A DNA stretch of 64,000 nt from Armatimonadota bacterium (GCA_039680575.1 JBDKSP010000077.1:10375-74374); one strand, 5' to 3'. Positions 38,501 to 47,060 are shown, numbered from the stretch's first letter. Notes: a model not told the origin generated them from the letters alone. Numbers and translations are program-made.

Positions 38501-40167
38501 CTGGAAGGCGATGATGGCAGCACGACCTGTGCCGTGGCATCCTTCAGTGCTTGCTCGGCCTTCTTCAGGGCCTGCTGTTTCGCCGCATCAAGAGCCTGCT
38601 GCTTTGCCTGCTCGGCCATCTGCTGACCGGCGGACTTCTGAAGCGCCTTGACGAGCTGCTCCTTGTTTTTGAGGGGTGGAATCCCGAACTTGGTCTTAGC
38701 AGCGATGAGAGTCTTGCCGGAATAGTTGTAGTGATCGATGTGCGGCTCAAGCGCGTCCAGCATCTCGATCACCTCGCTCTTTGTGAGGTTCAACGACACC
38801 CCGTGCTGCTTCGCAATATCCTTCAGCTGGACCATCGTAAGACCCGACAGGTCCGCCTGAGGCGATGCTGCCTTTGCCGCTTCCTCCAAGAGCTTCGCCT
38901 GCTTTACCGCCGCTTGTTTATCAGCCAGAAGCTTCGCCAGATCGTCCTTGCTTCGGAGGGCCGCGATGTTGTACTGCTTGACCTTGGACATGAGGGCAGA
39001 TCCGGAGAGATCCATGTGATGGACACCCGGCTCCGCCGCGTCGAGGAGCTTTATGAAGTCCGCCTTGGTGCGTGCGATGGAGATGCCGTTCTGCTTGGCG
39101 AGCGTCTGGAGCTGCTTTACCGTGAGCGCTGAGAGGTCCGAGATCTGACCCGACTCAAACGCGTCCTTGAGCTTCTTCTCTTCCTCGGCCTTCTGCTTGG
39201 CCTCTGCATCAATTGCCTGTGGCGGAAGGATACACGCTTTGGTTTCGCTGGCTGCACTAGCTCCCAGTTCGCCGCCACAGATGACCAACGGCCACGCGAC
39301 GACGCTCGTGCATCGGCAGTTGGGATGCGCCGGCTGACTGGGGAAGTGGTCGGTGTCAAAAACCTTGCCGTCAAGACCACCGCAGACCGGGCAGGTCCGC
39401 TCATCCTCCATCGTCAGCCACTCGAGCCTCGAGACTCCGACTTGGCTGTGGAACTTGATGCGGCCCTGGTTGTGCGCGCGGAGCACTTCCGTCCGGGCAA
39501 TCATCTCCATCCGGTACTGCGCCTTCGTGAACACCTTGCTCCCGGCGTGGCGGAAACTCTCCTTGTCCTCGATCACGATCCCCATTTCCCGGACGATGTC
39601 CCGGACGCTCTTTCCGCTCGTTATCCCGGAGAGGATGGTCCGCTTGATGCCGGAGGCAAGTTCCGTGTGCACGTCCCCGAGAAGCACAAGGTTGTAGTTT
39701 GCCATGAAGTCGAGCGCGTCGGTGTCGATAAGCGTGAAGACTGATGTGGTGAGCTTATCGATTCCCTGTGGTGTGAGATCCTTGTAGAATGGCATCTGCG
39801 CCGATGCGAACTCTTCGATGCCTCGATAGACGCCGGAGCGGAATGATGCTTGCCCAGCCTTCCTGAACATCAGGCTCTGCTCCCGCTTAAGCGCCTTCAT
39901 CGCCTCCGCAATCTCGGCGTCCAGCTTCTCCAGACTATTCACCACCGCAAGTTTGTTCTCGGGAAGCGACCCAACGCTGCCATAGCCCAGAAGTGCCTTA
40001 TGGACCTGATCCTGTGCGGACTTGAGCCCCCCGGTAAGCTGGAACACGACCTGTTCTGCGTACAGGTCCCGAGCCATCAGGCTCTTGTCCGTGGCTTCTC
40101 GTATTGCCTGGGCCTGCGCGGTGGTGTCGGCAATCGCACACATCATCGGTGTGGCGTCTGCGGTCAC
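35575..40167 (-). CDS. MuF minor head protein fused to HeH-like repeats, kinase-like and ART-like domains
   Basis: MIARTE..RAHNQG, DERTCPVCGGLDG, PAHPNCRC (MuF); directly after the portal; ~1530 aa. Confidence 0.88.
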   Translation of the reverse strand: MTADATPMMCAIADTTAQAQAIREATDKSLMARDLYAEQVVFQLTGGLKSAQDQVHKALLGYGSVGSLPENKLAVVNSLEKLDAEIAEAMKALKREQSLMFRKAGQASFRSGVYRGIEEFASAQMPFYKDLTPQGIDKLTTSVFTLIDTDALDFMANYNLVLLGDVHTELASGIKRTILSGITSGKSVRDIVREMGIVIEDKESFRHAGSKVFTKAQYRMEMIARTEVLRAHNQGRIKFHSQVGVSRLEWLTMEDERTCPVCGGLDGKVFDTDHFPSQPAHPNCRCTSVVAWPLVICGGELGASAASETKACILPPQAIDAEAKQKAEEEKKLKDAFESGQISDLSALTVKQLQTLAKQNGISIARTKADFIKLLDAAEPGVHHMDLSGSALMSKVKQYNIAALRSKDDLAKLLADKQAAVKQAKLLEEAAKAASPQADLSGLTMVQLKDIAKQHGVSLNLTKSEVIEMLDALEPHIDHYNYSGKTLIAAKTKFGIPPLKNKEQLVKALQKSAGQQMAEQAKQQALDAAKQQALKKAEQALKDATAQVVLPSSPSSYSGFLDSVKSAETELAKGSGLPASVLEAHAKEVALKKLAFQQQISAMKVGDLKSLAKETKVKHWQWASKDELVAVFTETDQAKVSKATDGIEAKHAKWAEKHLAKTPTAAPAKPKPQPAQPIQQPVTVASSNTFAKKGSEFESVDVAWGATGKPEQFKFDGKASVGGAHEKEFWIDEAGEKWMFKPLGKTSDDFIAQGEEAAYKIGRLIDPDAIEVRVISLNSRTGSIQKWRTDLASKYDFSSFDIAELSADEITQVQREHVIDWLISNHDGHSKQFIRGKDGHVYGIDKGQLFKFLGSDKLSIDYHPNAACGESEPFYNTLFRAAKQGKVKVDPSVTLRYIREVERISDDDYLSLLRPYVEGRFKGNAAQQKAFYDLAIARKHSLRSNFEGFYADILKKPGFRFEDAVEPQAVDRIGKAEEQIIEEARVLGWQGKALPIDESDIEDQNALIFTETLNGQTRTVIKMKVRPEAESKILPQLRKADRQVTATKVGQTLPEDSFSDDILGAVKTINHHAGDGAYNQSTIDRAAKHLDALRELAKSADPDVREMAESYIGWIEQVKQAAKERKPIPEMFSAYLKKHASPKKKEAKVDFTVRKSKVLLTKRALKKGELSVEREDANNTSFFRGRTMKAGEQYEIDFGDGVRAVYRPWSDKNHYAQQGEFELVVPERPDPKSLDRALQHVEKLGLKANVATSEDAELMYLTKQAYLSKADRENDYAQMLSGLDQRGASKPERVQAMRSYWEKRLGVSDITRMSGYDPVGEYQLGFKDKSLAGGYRHQYRFDLSDADLEKEMKGYTLYHSLTNGNSMSSFIDTALENNGAMISTVEKLRSGVAPGGMSPEEDMNSGGATYVFTRIRKSPVSGGDRNTGIYFKKRLLRRMDAISYDHDAFGKVKDDYVVQHRGSDPRSWKDFSRNSSNETILKYSVTLLDNVEHIVVGSESERRSVLDVFRKHGVSVLPDGRKVEEVVLTR

Positions 40168-41651
40168 TCGACCCTCCCGCGCCTGATGAACCTGCATGCC
40201 GGACTGTCGAAGGTGACATCGGCCCCGGTAACGCCGCACTTGTTCCTGTCGCCCTCGAAGAAACCGCAGGTGTCACATACCTCGTCAGCGTAAGCTGAAG
40301 CCTGTGAGGAAGGCCGGTTCTTCGCGGGATCGAGTCCGAGCATTTCCTGAGCTGCCTCGATGCTCATTATGCCGGCGACGACCATATCGACGATTGGTTT
40401 CACCTGCTTCTCATCGAGGATGTCCACGGACTTCTCTTCGCTCTCCCGGTTAGCCTCCTCGATGTCCGGGTCGAGGTCCATCTTAATCTGAAGGCTGGAC
40501 CGGCTGATGAGCTTCCTGTCGTAGAGCTCAATCAAGAGCTTCTTTACGTCCACTGCGTCCGTCGGGTCAAGGTCGTTGAAGACAAACTGAACGTTCTTCC
40601 CGGAGTGACCTGATAACTCTAGCCAGTCGCAGTAGATCCAGTCGAGGATTGTTCGTGCCGCGTGCTTTATCTCCCGGATCATGATGATCATCTTCTGCAT
40701 AGAGACAGAGGCTGTTGCGAAGTTGGGACCATCTCCCGCGACAAGAGAGCGGGACAGTCCGAGCGCGATCACGATGTCTTCCTTGACCTCCTTTACCTTG
40801 TCCTCGACATTCAGGACCTGTCCTTCGGTGCCGTGGGTCTCCACCGTCACGTAGAAAGGAACGACCAGGCCGCTTTTCAGGTCCATCTTGTTCACCATGT
40901 CGCGGACGCTCTCAAGCATCTTCTGGTCGGGCATCACCATCTTGGCTCCGTATGCCCCTCCCACCTTTAACAGCCGAAAGGGCGTCGCCCAGCGCTTGGC
41001 TATCGCCTTTTCTGCCCGCCGATAGTCACGCAGGAGTTCGATTGACTCGAAGGCGGGAAGGACGAGCGAGTTGCCGCGCGGAGAGAACTCAGGTGCATCC
41101 CATTTCAGGTGTATGGTCTGCTCGACCGGAAGTTCGAGCCCTTCTCCGGCTGCAGGTGTATCCTCGGGATACTGCCTTACCTCGATAAGCTCTCCGTGAG
41201 CATACTTGACTTTGATAGAGACGGGGTTTACGCAGGTGAGGTCTTCGATGCCCTTGCCGTCTTTCGTGAAGCGTTTGAACCCAACGCAGTCGCCCTTAAC
41301 AAGTAGCTGGAGGATCATATCCTTCACGAACTCAGAGACACCCAACCGGTCGGCAAGCGTGTTCGCTTCTTCCTTCACTCCCTCATCGTCACTCGTGATC
41401 TTTATCTCGTCCCCCACAGCGAACGTCCGCCAGGAGTTGATGCAGTTCTTGACGAGCGGCTCCTCGACGTAATACTCCCACGCACGCCTTGCCCGGTCTT
41501 CCCATGACTCGGGAATAGCGCAGGTGGCATGAAGACTGCCAAATGCCGATGAGTCGAGGGCAGCGGCAGTTGCCATTGGGGAGACCACTACTGCGTATGC
41601 ATGGTTCTCCTCAGATGAGAACCCTTGAGCTTCCATGTTATTGCTGTCCAA
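40164..41651 (-). CDS. Portal protein
   Basis: Between TerL and MuF; IHLKW...PRGNS pattern; 495 aa. Confidence 0.85.
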   Translation of the reverse strand: MDSNNMEAQGFSSEENHAYAVVVSPMATAAALDSSAFGSLHATCAIPESWEDRARRAWEYYVEEPLVKNCINSWRTFAVGDEIKITSDDEGVKEEANTLADRLGVSEFVKDMILQLLVKGDCVGFKRFTKDGKGIEDLTCVNPVSIKVKYAHGELIEVRQYPEDTPAAGEGLELPVEQTIHLKWDAPEFSPRGNSLVLPAFESIELLRDYRRAEKAIAKRWATPFRLLKVGGAYGAKMVMPDQKMLESVRDMVNKMDLKSGLVVPFYVTVETHGTEGQVLNVEDKVKEVKEDIVIALGLSRSLVAGDGPNFATASVSMQKMIIMIREIKHAARTILDWIYCDWLELSGHSGKNVQFVFNDLDPTDAVDVKKLLIELYDRKLISRSSLQIKMDLDPDIEEANRESEEKSVDILDEKQVKPIVDMVVAGIMSIEAAQEMLGLDPAKNRPSSQASAYADEVCDTCGFFEGDRNKCGVTGADVTFDSPACRFIRRGRVE

Positions 41652-41781
41652 TCCATTCCTCCGATTGCGGTAAGCTTAGCGTTTGTTCGCGCCACGTCGC
41701 CGAACGTAGCGCGGAAGCGTCTCTCTTCGATAGATGAGCCGGACGCCTGTTCTTGTCGCGACACAGGCGGCTTGGCGCGCA

Positions 41782-43308
41782 TCAGATGAAGACAGGGTTT
41801 GTGAGGACCGGCATCACTGAAACCGTCTCCTCACTGACAGAATCTAGCGTCCCCTGTTCGTGGGAGAGCATTGCGCAGCGGACCGCATCGACGATGTGGT
41901 CGTTGCCCTTCGAGTAGATGATGTTCCCGTTTGAGAGCGTATAGGTGTGAGTCGTGAACTGGTCCTCCACCTCAGAGTCCTCTGCCGGGAGTATCATCTG
42001 CCGTCTCTGGAGCGCGCCATTGATGAGGCTAGTCATAAGCTCCTTGGTGCGCTTCCGGATCTCCCGGCCGTCCCGGATGGCAAGGGTTGTCATGCCGCCG
42101 AAGTCGAAGCCTTTGAGCCTCCCCTCAAGCTGCAGTAGTCGATACTTGTCGAGCATGAGGAGTTCCTGCACAACCGCCAAGCCGTTCCCGCCGTTATCGA
42201 CGCCGATTCCGACCGGCGTGAAGTACCGCTCAAGGAGCGCGATGGTCTGGGCGATGTGCGGATACGAGACGTGCTCCATATGGATCCGGAGCACCATACT
42301 CATAACCGACCGATCTCCCGCCTCAGACTCTCGGAAGACCACGATCTCCGTAGGGTCGTTCGTGTAACCAAGGTCTCCGCCGATCCAGAACACTCCTGTC
42401 TGCGGCACGAGATTAAGGAGCATCTCCAGTCGGTCGTAGGATTCTTCTTCGGTCTCGCACGAGCTTAGGTCTTCACCAAGGATCGTGACCTTGCGATATT
42501 CCAGAACCTCCTGCCGGCAGATGTTCAGGTTCTCCATGCTGAACGCGCCGTATGAGGGCTTGCCGTGTTCGCCCGCGACCTCGTGCTGCCATCCGGCTGT
42601 ATCCCTGCCTCCGTAGAACTCCAATAGCTCCTGTTCGCGAGCCTCGTCCCAGTTGGGGTTGAGCCAGGACGGCCAGCGGAACACCTTGAACTGGGAAGAG
42701 CTCGTAAGCCGGTAGTAAGTCGTGTCCCGAAGGCCGTTTGGTGTGGAGTAGATACGGAGCTTGCCGCCCGCCTTTAGGCATTGTCTGAGCGCCTTCCATG
42801 CCTTCTCCGAAAGCCACGCGCCTTCGTCAACCCATACGCGCTCTACGTGCAGCGACCGGAAGGCATCTCCGTAAGCGCCTGCGGGCCGGAAATAGAGGAC
42901 GCTTCCGTTCGTGAACTCCAGCCTGAAGTAAGGCTTTCGATATATCTTGGGCTTGCTGTACTTGGTGATCGCAATGCTTCCCATAAGGTCAGGGTTCGCA
43001 TCAAGCTGAAACTCTATCTCCTCGATAAGCGTGTCGAGATGTCCCTGGTGGGGTGCTGCGACGAGCCCTTGGCCACCGCGAGTCGTGAAGGCGAAGTGCA
43101 GAGCGTCTGTCGTAAGCGATATCGACTTGCCCGAATCCCTCCCGTCGAGGTGGATGATGTTCCTCTCCTCACACTGGAGGTCCTCCACCTGGTGCGGCCA
43201 GTACCCGCGGGAAGAGCCGTCCCGGTTCCTAAGATAGCTCTGGCCCCAGAGGATCGGGTCCCGAAGGGACATCCCCAGTCGCTCTTCTTCCTGTGTTACC
43301 TGACTCAA
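41782..43308 (-). CDS. Terminase large subunit
   Basis: GRDSGKS Walker A, VWVDE Walker B, STPNG, GGDLG..NDPT, NDHIVDA; probable TTG 43308 after AGGAG. Confidence 0.93.
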   Translation of the reverse strand: MSQVTQEEERLGMSLRDPILWGQSYLRNRDGSSRGYWPHQVEDLQCEERNIIHLDGRDSGKSISLTTDALHFAFTTRGGQGLVAAPHQGHLDTLIEEIEFQLDANPDLMGSIAITKYSKPKIYRKPYFRLEFTNGSVLYFRPAGAYGDAFRSLHVERVWVDEGAWLSEKAWKALRQCLKAGGKLRIYSTPNGLRDTTYYRLTSSSQFKVFRWPSWLNPNWDEAREQELLEFYGGRDTAGWQHEVAGEHGKPSYGAFSMENLNICRQEVLEYRKVTILGEDLSSCETEEESYDRLEMLLNLVPQTGVFWIGGDLGYTNDPTEIVVFRESEAGDRSVMSMVLRIHMEHVSYPHIAQTIALLERYFTPVGIGVDNGGNGLAVVQELLMLDKYRLLQLEGRLKGFDFGGMTTLAIRDGREIRKRTKELMTSLINGALQRRQMILPAEDSEVEDQFTTHTYTLSNGNIIYSKGNDHIVDAVRCAMLSHEQGTLDSVSEETVSVMPVLTNPVFI

Positions 43309-43350
43309 ACTTTTCTCCTTCACTTTGATGCACATCTGGGCACGTATGAG

Positions 43351-43383
43351 ACTTGACTTCATATGCCGATAAGAGCGTGAATG
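43351..43383 (+). promoter_or_regulatory. Putative promoter of the recombinase module (class B motif)
   Basis: ACTTGA-N18-GCGTGAAT, same layout as 7833-7865. Confidence 0.45.
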
Positions 43384-43417
43384 TGACTCACACAAACCAC
43401 ACCAGGAGGTAACTCAC

Positions 43418-43804
43418 ATGGCAGATAAGACTCTGCAAGACGCCCTTCAGGAATACCTGGACCACCTGAAAGATCAGGGCAAGAGCGAAAGCACGCTCTA
43501 CACCTATAACAAGGATGCCGAACAGATCGTCTCGTTCTTCGGAGCGGACAAGAAGCTCACATCGATCCTCATCCCGCACGTCTCGGGGTTCCTCAAGTCA
43601 GATGCGCTCCTCAAGCTCCCGAGTGGGAAAGACCGCTCCGAGCCAACGGTCCGGAAAACCATCCGGGTATTCCGGATGTTTCTCGTCTGGGCTCTCGAGC
43701 AGGGCTACATCACCAATCTACCACTCCCAAAGGAGATGCCGATGGGAAGAAGCTCCACTACCAGATCGGAGGCAGACGATGCAGACAACGCTTCGGCTGT
43801 TTGA
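43418..43804 (+). CDS. Stand-alone integrase N-terminal SAM-like (core-binding) domain protein
   Basis: LQEYLDHLK..GKSESTL.TY..D...FF, TVRKTIRVFRMFL.WA; no catalytic domain. Confidence 0.8.
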   Translation: MADKTLQDALQEYLDHLKDQGKSESTLYTYNKDAEQIVSFFGADKKLTSILIPHVSGFLKSDALLKLPSGKDRSEPTVRKTIRVFRMFLVWALEQGYITNLPLPKEMPMGRSSTTRSEADDADNASAV

Positions 43805-44696
43805 GCCGGCTGATGACATTCAATCCCAGGTAGCAGGCTTTGCGGTAAGGCTCCAGGCGCAGGGTAGCTCGGAGCACACCATCTCCGCTTATCTACGCGA
43901 CCTCACATGCTTCACACAGGCGCTTCCTGCCGTCACCATCCACGATATCACCCCGGCGATGATCGACGCGGCACTCACGGATCCTGCGGTTGCCACGTCG
44001 AGCGATGGCAGGCAGAAGTCCCCGGCTACAATGCATCGCATGAAGGCTGTCGTCCGGTCCTTCTTTGTCTGGGCAACCGAAAGCGGTCTCATCGACTCCA
44101 GCCCGGCCTCGTCGGTGACCACAAAACGCCTCTCGCGCAAGCCCCCGGAGTTCCTGACCGAATCCGAGAAGCGCAAGCTCCTCAAAGAACTCCACGACCG
44201 GTCGAACCCGCTTGCCCGACGCGACCGTGTTATCTTCGAGCTCTTCCTCGGGACCGGCATCCGACTTGCCGAACTGGTAAACTTGGACATAGAGGATGTC
44301 GATCTCGACGGAAAACACATCCGCATCATGGGCAAGGGTAACGTCCCGCAGGTCAAGTTCCTGAAGACGACTCTCAGGATGCTGCTGAGGGATTACCTCA
44401 AGGAACGCCGTCGGCTCACAACCGGAAGCTATCGCGCGCTCTTCGTCTCCTCTCGCAGCACTAGACTTTGTGATAGGCAGATCGCAGAGCGCCTGAAGCA
44501 CTGGCTGGACAAAGCCGGCATCAGGAAAAACATCTCGCCTCACGGACTCCGGCACACGTTTGCGACCCACCTCTACGCGAGCACCTCTGACCTGCTCCTC
44601 GTGAAGCGCGCACTCGGACACCGAGACATCTCGACGACCGAAATCTACACTCACCTTGCCGACGAGGTGCTGGAGGATGCACTCGAACGCATCTGA
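43779..44696 (+). CDS. XerC/D-like tyrosine recombinase
   Basis: TGIRLAEL, GKG, PHGLRHTFATHL, LGH, TEIYTH; ATG 43779 after GGAGG. Confidence 0.93.
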   Translation: MQTTLRLFEPADDIQSQVAGFAVRLQAQGSSEHTISAYLRDLTCFTQALPAVTIHDITPAMIDAALTDPAVATSSDGRQKSPATMHRMKAVVRSFFVWATESGLIDSSPASSVTTKRLSRKPPEFLTESEKRKLLKELHDRSNPLARRDRVIFELFLGTGIRLAELVNLDIEDVDLDGKHIRIMGKGNVPQVKFLKTTLRMLLRDYLKERRRLTTGSYRALFVSSRSTRLCDRQIAERLKHWLDKAGIRKNISPHGLRHTFATHLYASTSDLLLVKRALGHRDISTTEIYTHLADEVLEDALERI

Positions 44697-44704
44697 CGAG
44701 TCGT

Positions 44705-44737
44705 TTGACATGAGAGATAGTTGGTGATACATTGTAT
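44705..44737 (+). promoter_or_regulatory. TA promoter with palindromic operator
   Basis: TTGACA-N17-TACATT; palindrome ATACAtTGTAT over the -10 box. Confidence 0.65.
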
Positions 44738-44768
44738 GTACGGAATAACCTGTTGAAGGAGCCTGACT

Positions 44769-44996
44769 ATGATTAAGAAACTCACCAAACACGGCAACAG
44801 CATGGCACTGGTCATTGAGCGCAGTGTGCTCGATCTGCTGAAGATTGATACCGACACTCCGGTTGAAGTCACGACCGACGGAAGTGTGCTCATAATCACG
44901 CCGGTACGGGATGAAGCCCACGCAGCTAAGTTCAAGGAAGCCCTTGAGAAGACGAACCGCAAGTATGGGCGTGCCCTGAAGAACCTGGCGGACTAA
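44769..44996 (+). CDS. AbrB/MazE-family antitoxin
   Basis: KKLTKHGNSMALVI...LIITP; directly upstream of doc. Confidence 0.92.
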   Translation: MIKKLTKHGNSMALVIERSVLDLLKIDTDTPVEVTTDGSVLIITPVRDEAHAAKFKEALEKTNRKYGRALKNLAD

Positions 44997-45386
44997 ATGG
45001 CTGATATAGAGTTTCTCGGTCTTGATGAGGTTCTCGAAATCCATCGAGACCAGATCGAGCGCTACGGTGGATCGGCTGGCATACGAGACATGGGACTCTT
45101 GCAGTCCGCGGTCGCAATGCCTGCTGCCGGGTTCGGCGAGCGATATCTGCACGAAGACATGTCCGAGATGGCTGCGGCGTACCTGTTTCACATCACGCAG
45201 AACCATCCATTTGTGGATGGTAACAAGCGAACTGGAGCCGTTGCAGCAATCGTCTTCCTTGAGATCAACGGCGTTGAACTGAACGCTGACGAGGACGAAC
45301 TGGAGACCCTTGTCCGTAGTGTGGCAACGGGACAATCGGACAAGGTTGCCGTCGCCGTGTTCTTCAGACACAACTGCCGCAAGTAA
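44997..45386 (+). CDS. doc: Death-on-curing (Fic/Doc) toxin
   Basis: HPFVDGNKRTG Doc motif; GIRD.GLLQSA. Confidence 0.93.
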   Translation: MADIEFLGLDEVLEIHRDQIERYGGSAGIRDMGLLQSAVAMPAAGFGERYLHEDMSEMAAAYLFHITQNHPFVDGNKRTGAVAAIVFLEINGVELNADEDELETLVRSVATGQSDKVAVAVFFRHNCRK

Positions 45387-45592
45387 TGTGAGACGCAACC
45401 AACAGCCGGGGAGAGGAACACACAGAAGCTTCTCCTCGGCTTCCATTTGCCCCAGCCATTGTTCCGCCAAGCCATTTGCACCTGCAGACAAGTTCCGAGA
45501 ACACGTCTTATCCGAACTCCGTCCGTCAATCGAACTGAAAGCCACGCGTGAATTTGGCCGAGCCGTCACGGCAGCGCCGGTGTTATCCGAAC

Positions 45593-46099
45593 TCATTCCT
45601 GCGTTTTCTCCGATCCTGACTCGCTTCGTGTGTTCTCAGCCGCGGCCAGCTTCTCAAGTAGCGCCGTGGCCCACTCGGCAGGAGTAGTCTCAGCACCCTT
45701 CGGCTCCTCACCCTCACGGGCAATCTTGGTCGCCTTCAGGTCCTTCAAGTGGCAGCGGATCATCCGGTCCAGCCGCTCAGCAGCATCCCAGTCTCCAGCC
45801 TCCTGCGCACGTCCAAGCTTCAAGAAGTACACCGCAACGAGTTCCACCTGCATAAAGTCAGAGCTCTTGTTGAACACGAAGTCCTCGTGGAGCTGAGCAA
45901 TGATGGCGTCGAAGAGCGGCTTCTCTTCAGGCGAGAGGAACCGGTCCGCATAGATGCCGTGCTTTAGTGCGTTGGTGTTGCCTTCGGGAGCGCCGCCCTT
46001 GCCTGTGGCTCCGCTGTTTCTTCGCCATCGGCTGCTTCCGGCCTGGTCGCGAACGCCGATGGCCGCTTGGGTCTCTTCGGTTATCTTATTTTCAGTCAT
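45593..46099 (-). CDS. Terminase small subunit
   Basis: GGAPEGNTNALKHGIYA motif; upstream of terL. Confidence 0.8.
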   Translation of the reverse strand: MTENKITEETQAAIGVRDQAGSSRWRRNSGATGKGGAPEGNTNALKHGIYADRFLSPEEKPLFDAIIAQLHEDFVFNKSSDFMQVELVAVYFLKLGRAQEAGDWDAAERLDRMIRCHLKDLKATKIAREGEEPKGAETTPAEWATALLEKLAAAENTRSESGSEKTQE

Positions 46100-46175
46100 A
46101 AATGTGTTCCTATCGAGTCTGTTGTTACGGCAAGTCGGAGATGGGCGGGGAAGGCATTTCTCGCCTCCAGAACGC

Positions 46176-46991
46176 TCACGCCGCCGCCTCTGTATCGAAG
46201 AGAGACTGCTGAAGAGCCGCTGCAGGCACGACGTCGCCGCCCGGTTTCCTGATGCCAAACGGACCATTATCCCCAGGCACCACTTTGCCGCCGAACACAC
46301 GCTTTACCTCGCATACCGTCTTCAGCGCTTCGGGCTCAATGCCGACAAGCTCTTTCACTTCATCCAGAGTGAACGTAACCCTCTCTGACCACTTGGCCGG
46401 GATGAAAACAGTCTCGTCTCTTGCGATGACGATCACATCATCGAAGATACTCGTCCGCAGGACTGCGTAACCTTGTGTGGAAAGCCGTAGCCACAGATTC
46501 CTGGCTTCGGGAGATGACGGTGTGCCGAAGGAAGCGGTTCTTCGATAGTCTTCGTATGTCTTCTCGGATGGAGGAGTGTATGTGCTGGGCTTAAGCGCTC
46601 CAACTGCCCGCAAAAGTTCCTCTTCACCTATATGCTTTACCGCCCATTTGTGGATCGCATTGAACCGGGTCCGCAGTTCCTCGAAGATCTCCGGCTTCAT
46701 CCGGCTAGCATCATGAGCCTTCTTCACCTGAGTCATCTTGTCTCGAAGCCAGGCATAGTAAGGAGGGTCGAGCTGTCTGTAGCATACATCCGCCATCAGC
46801 TCATATCCGTAACGGACGTCGTCGGCATCGAAGGAGTCGAGGTTGGTGGCGACAAACAGGATGTCGCGCGCGTAAGGGTTCGGTGTGGCGTTCTCCTTCA
46901 CTTGGGAATCTGCTGGTTCGGTCTGTATCGTATCTGCCTTCTCGACGCTCTCGACAAGCGGAAGACTGTTCATCAGGCTCACTCGTATCAC
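46176..46991 (-). CDS. Hypothetical phage protein
   Basis: 271-aa ORF, first gene after class A promoter copy 3. Confidence 0.7.
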   Translation of the reverse strand: MIRVSLMNSLPLVESVEKADTIQTEPADSQVKENATPNPYARDILFVATNLDSFDADDVRYGYELMADVCYRQLDPPYYAWLRDKMTQVKKAHDASRMKPEIFEELRTRFNAIHKWAVKHIGEEELLRAVGALKPSTYTPPSEKTYEDYRRTASFGTPSSPEARNLWLRLSTQGYAVLRTSIFDDVIVIARDETVFIPAKWSERVTFTLDEVKELVGIEPEALKTVCEVKRVFGGKVVPGDNGPFGIRKPGGDVVPAAALQQSLFDTEAAA

Positions 46992-47011
46992 CTCGTTGGG
47001 GACATCCCCAA

Positions 47012-47045
47012 TTGATATGTACTTGCGAAAACTACGGGGTGTCGG
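47012..47045 (-). promoter_or_regulatory. Putative phage late promoter (class A), copy 3
   Basis: CCGACA-N17-GTACATATCAA. Confidence 0.75.
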
Positions 47046-47060
47046 GATTTTTCGCCGAGG

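Noticed and set aside
43893-45596. 567-aa minus-strand ORF starting at the terS stop
   Set aside because: It lies codon-aligned antisense to three real genes that share one frame (recombinase, antitoxin, doc) and has no recognisable motifs; a shadow ORF, although its first ~60 codons could be a remnant
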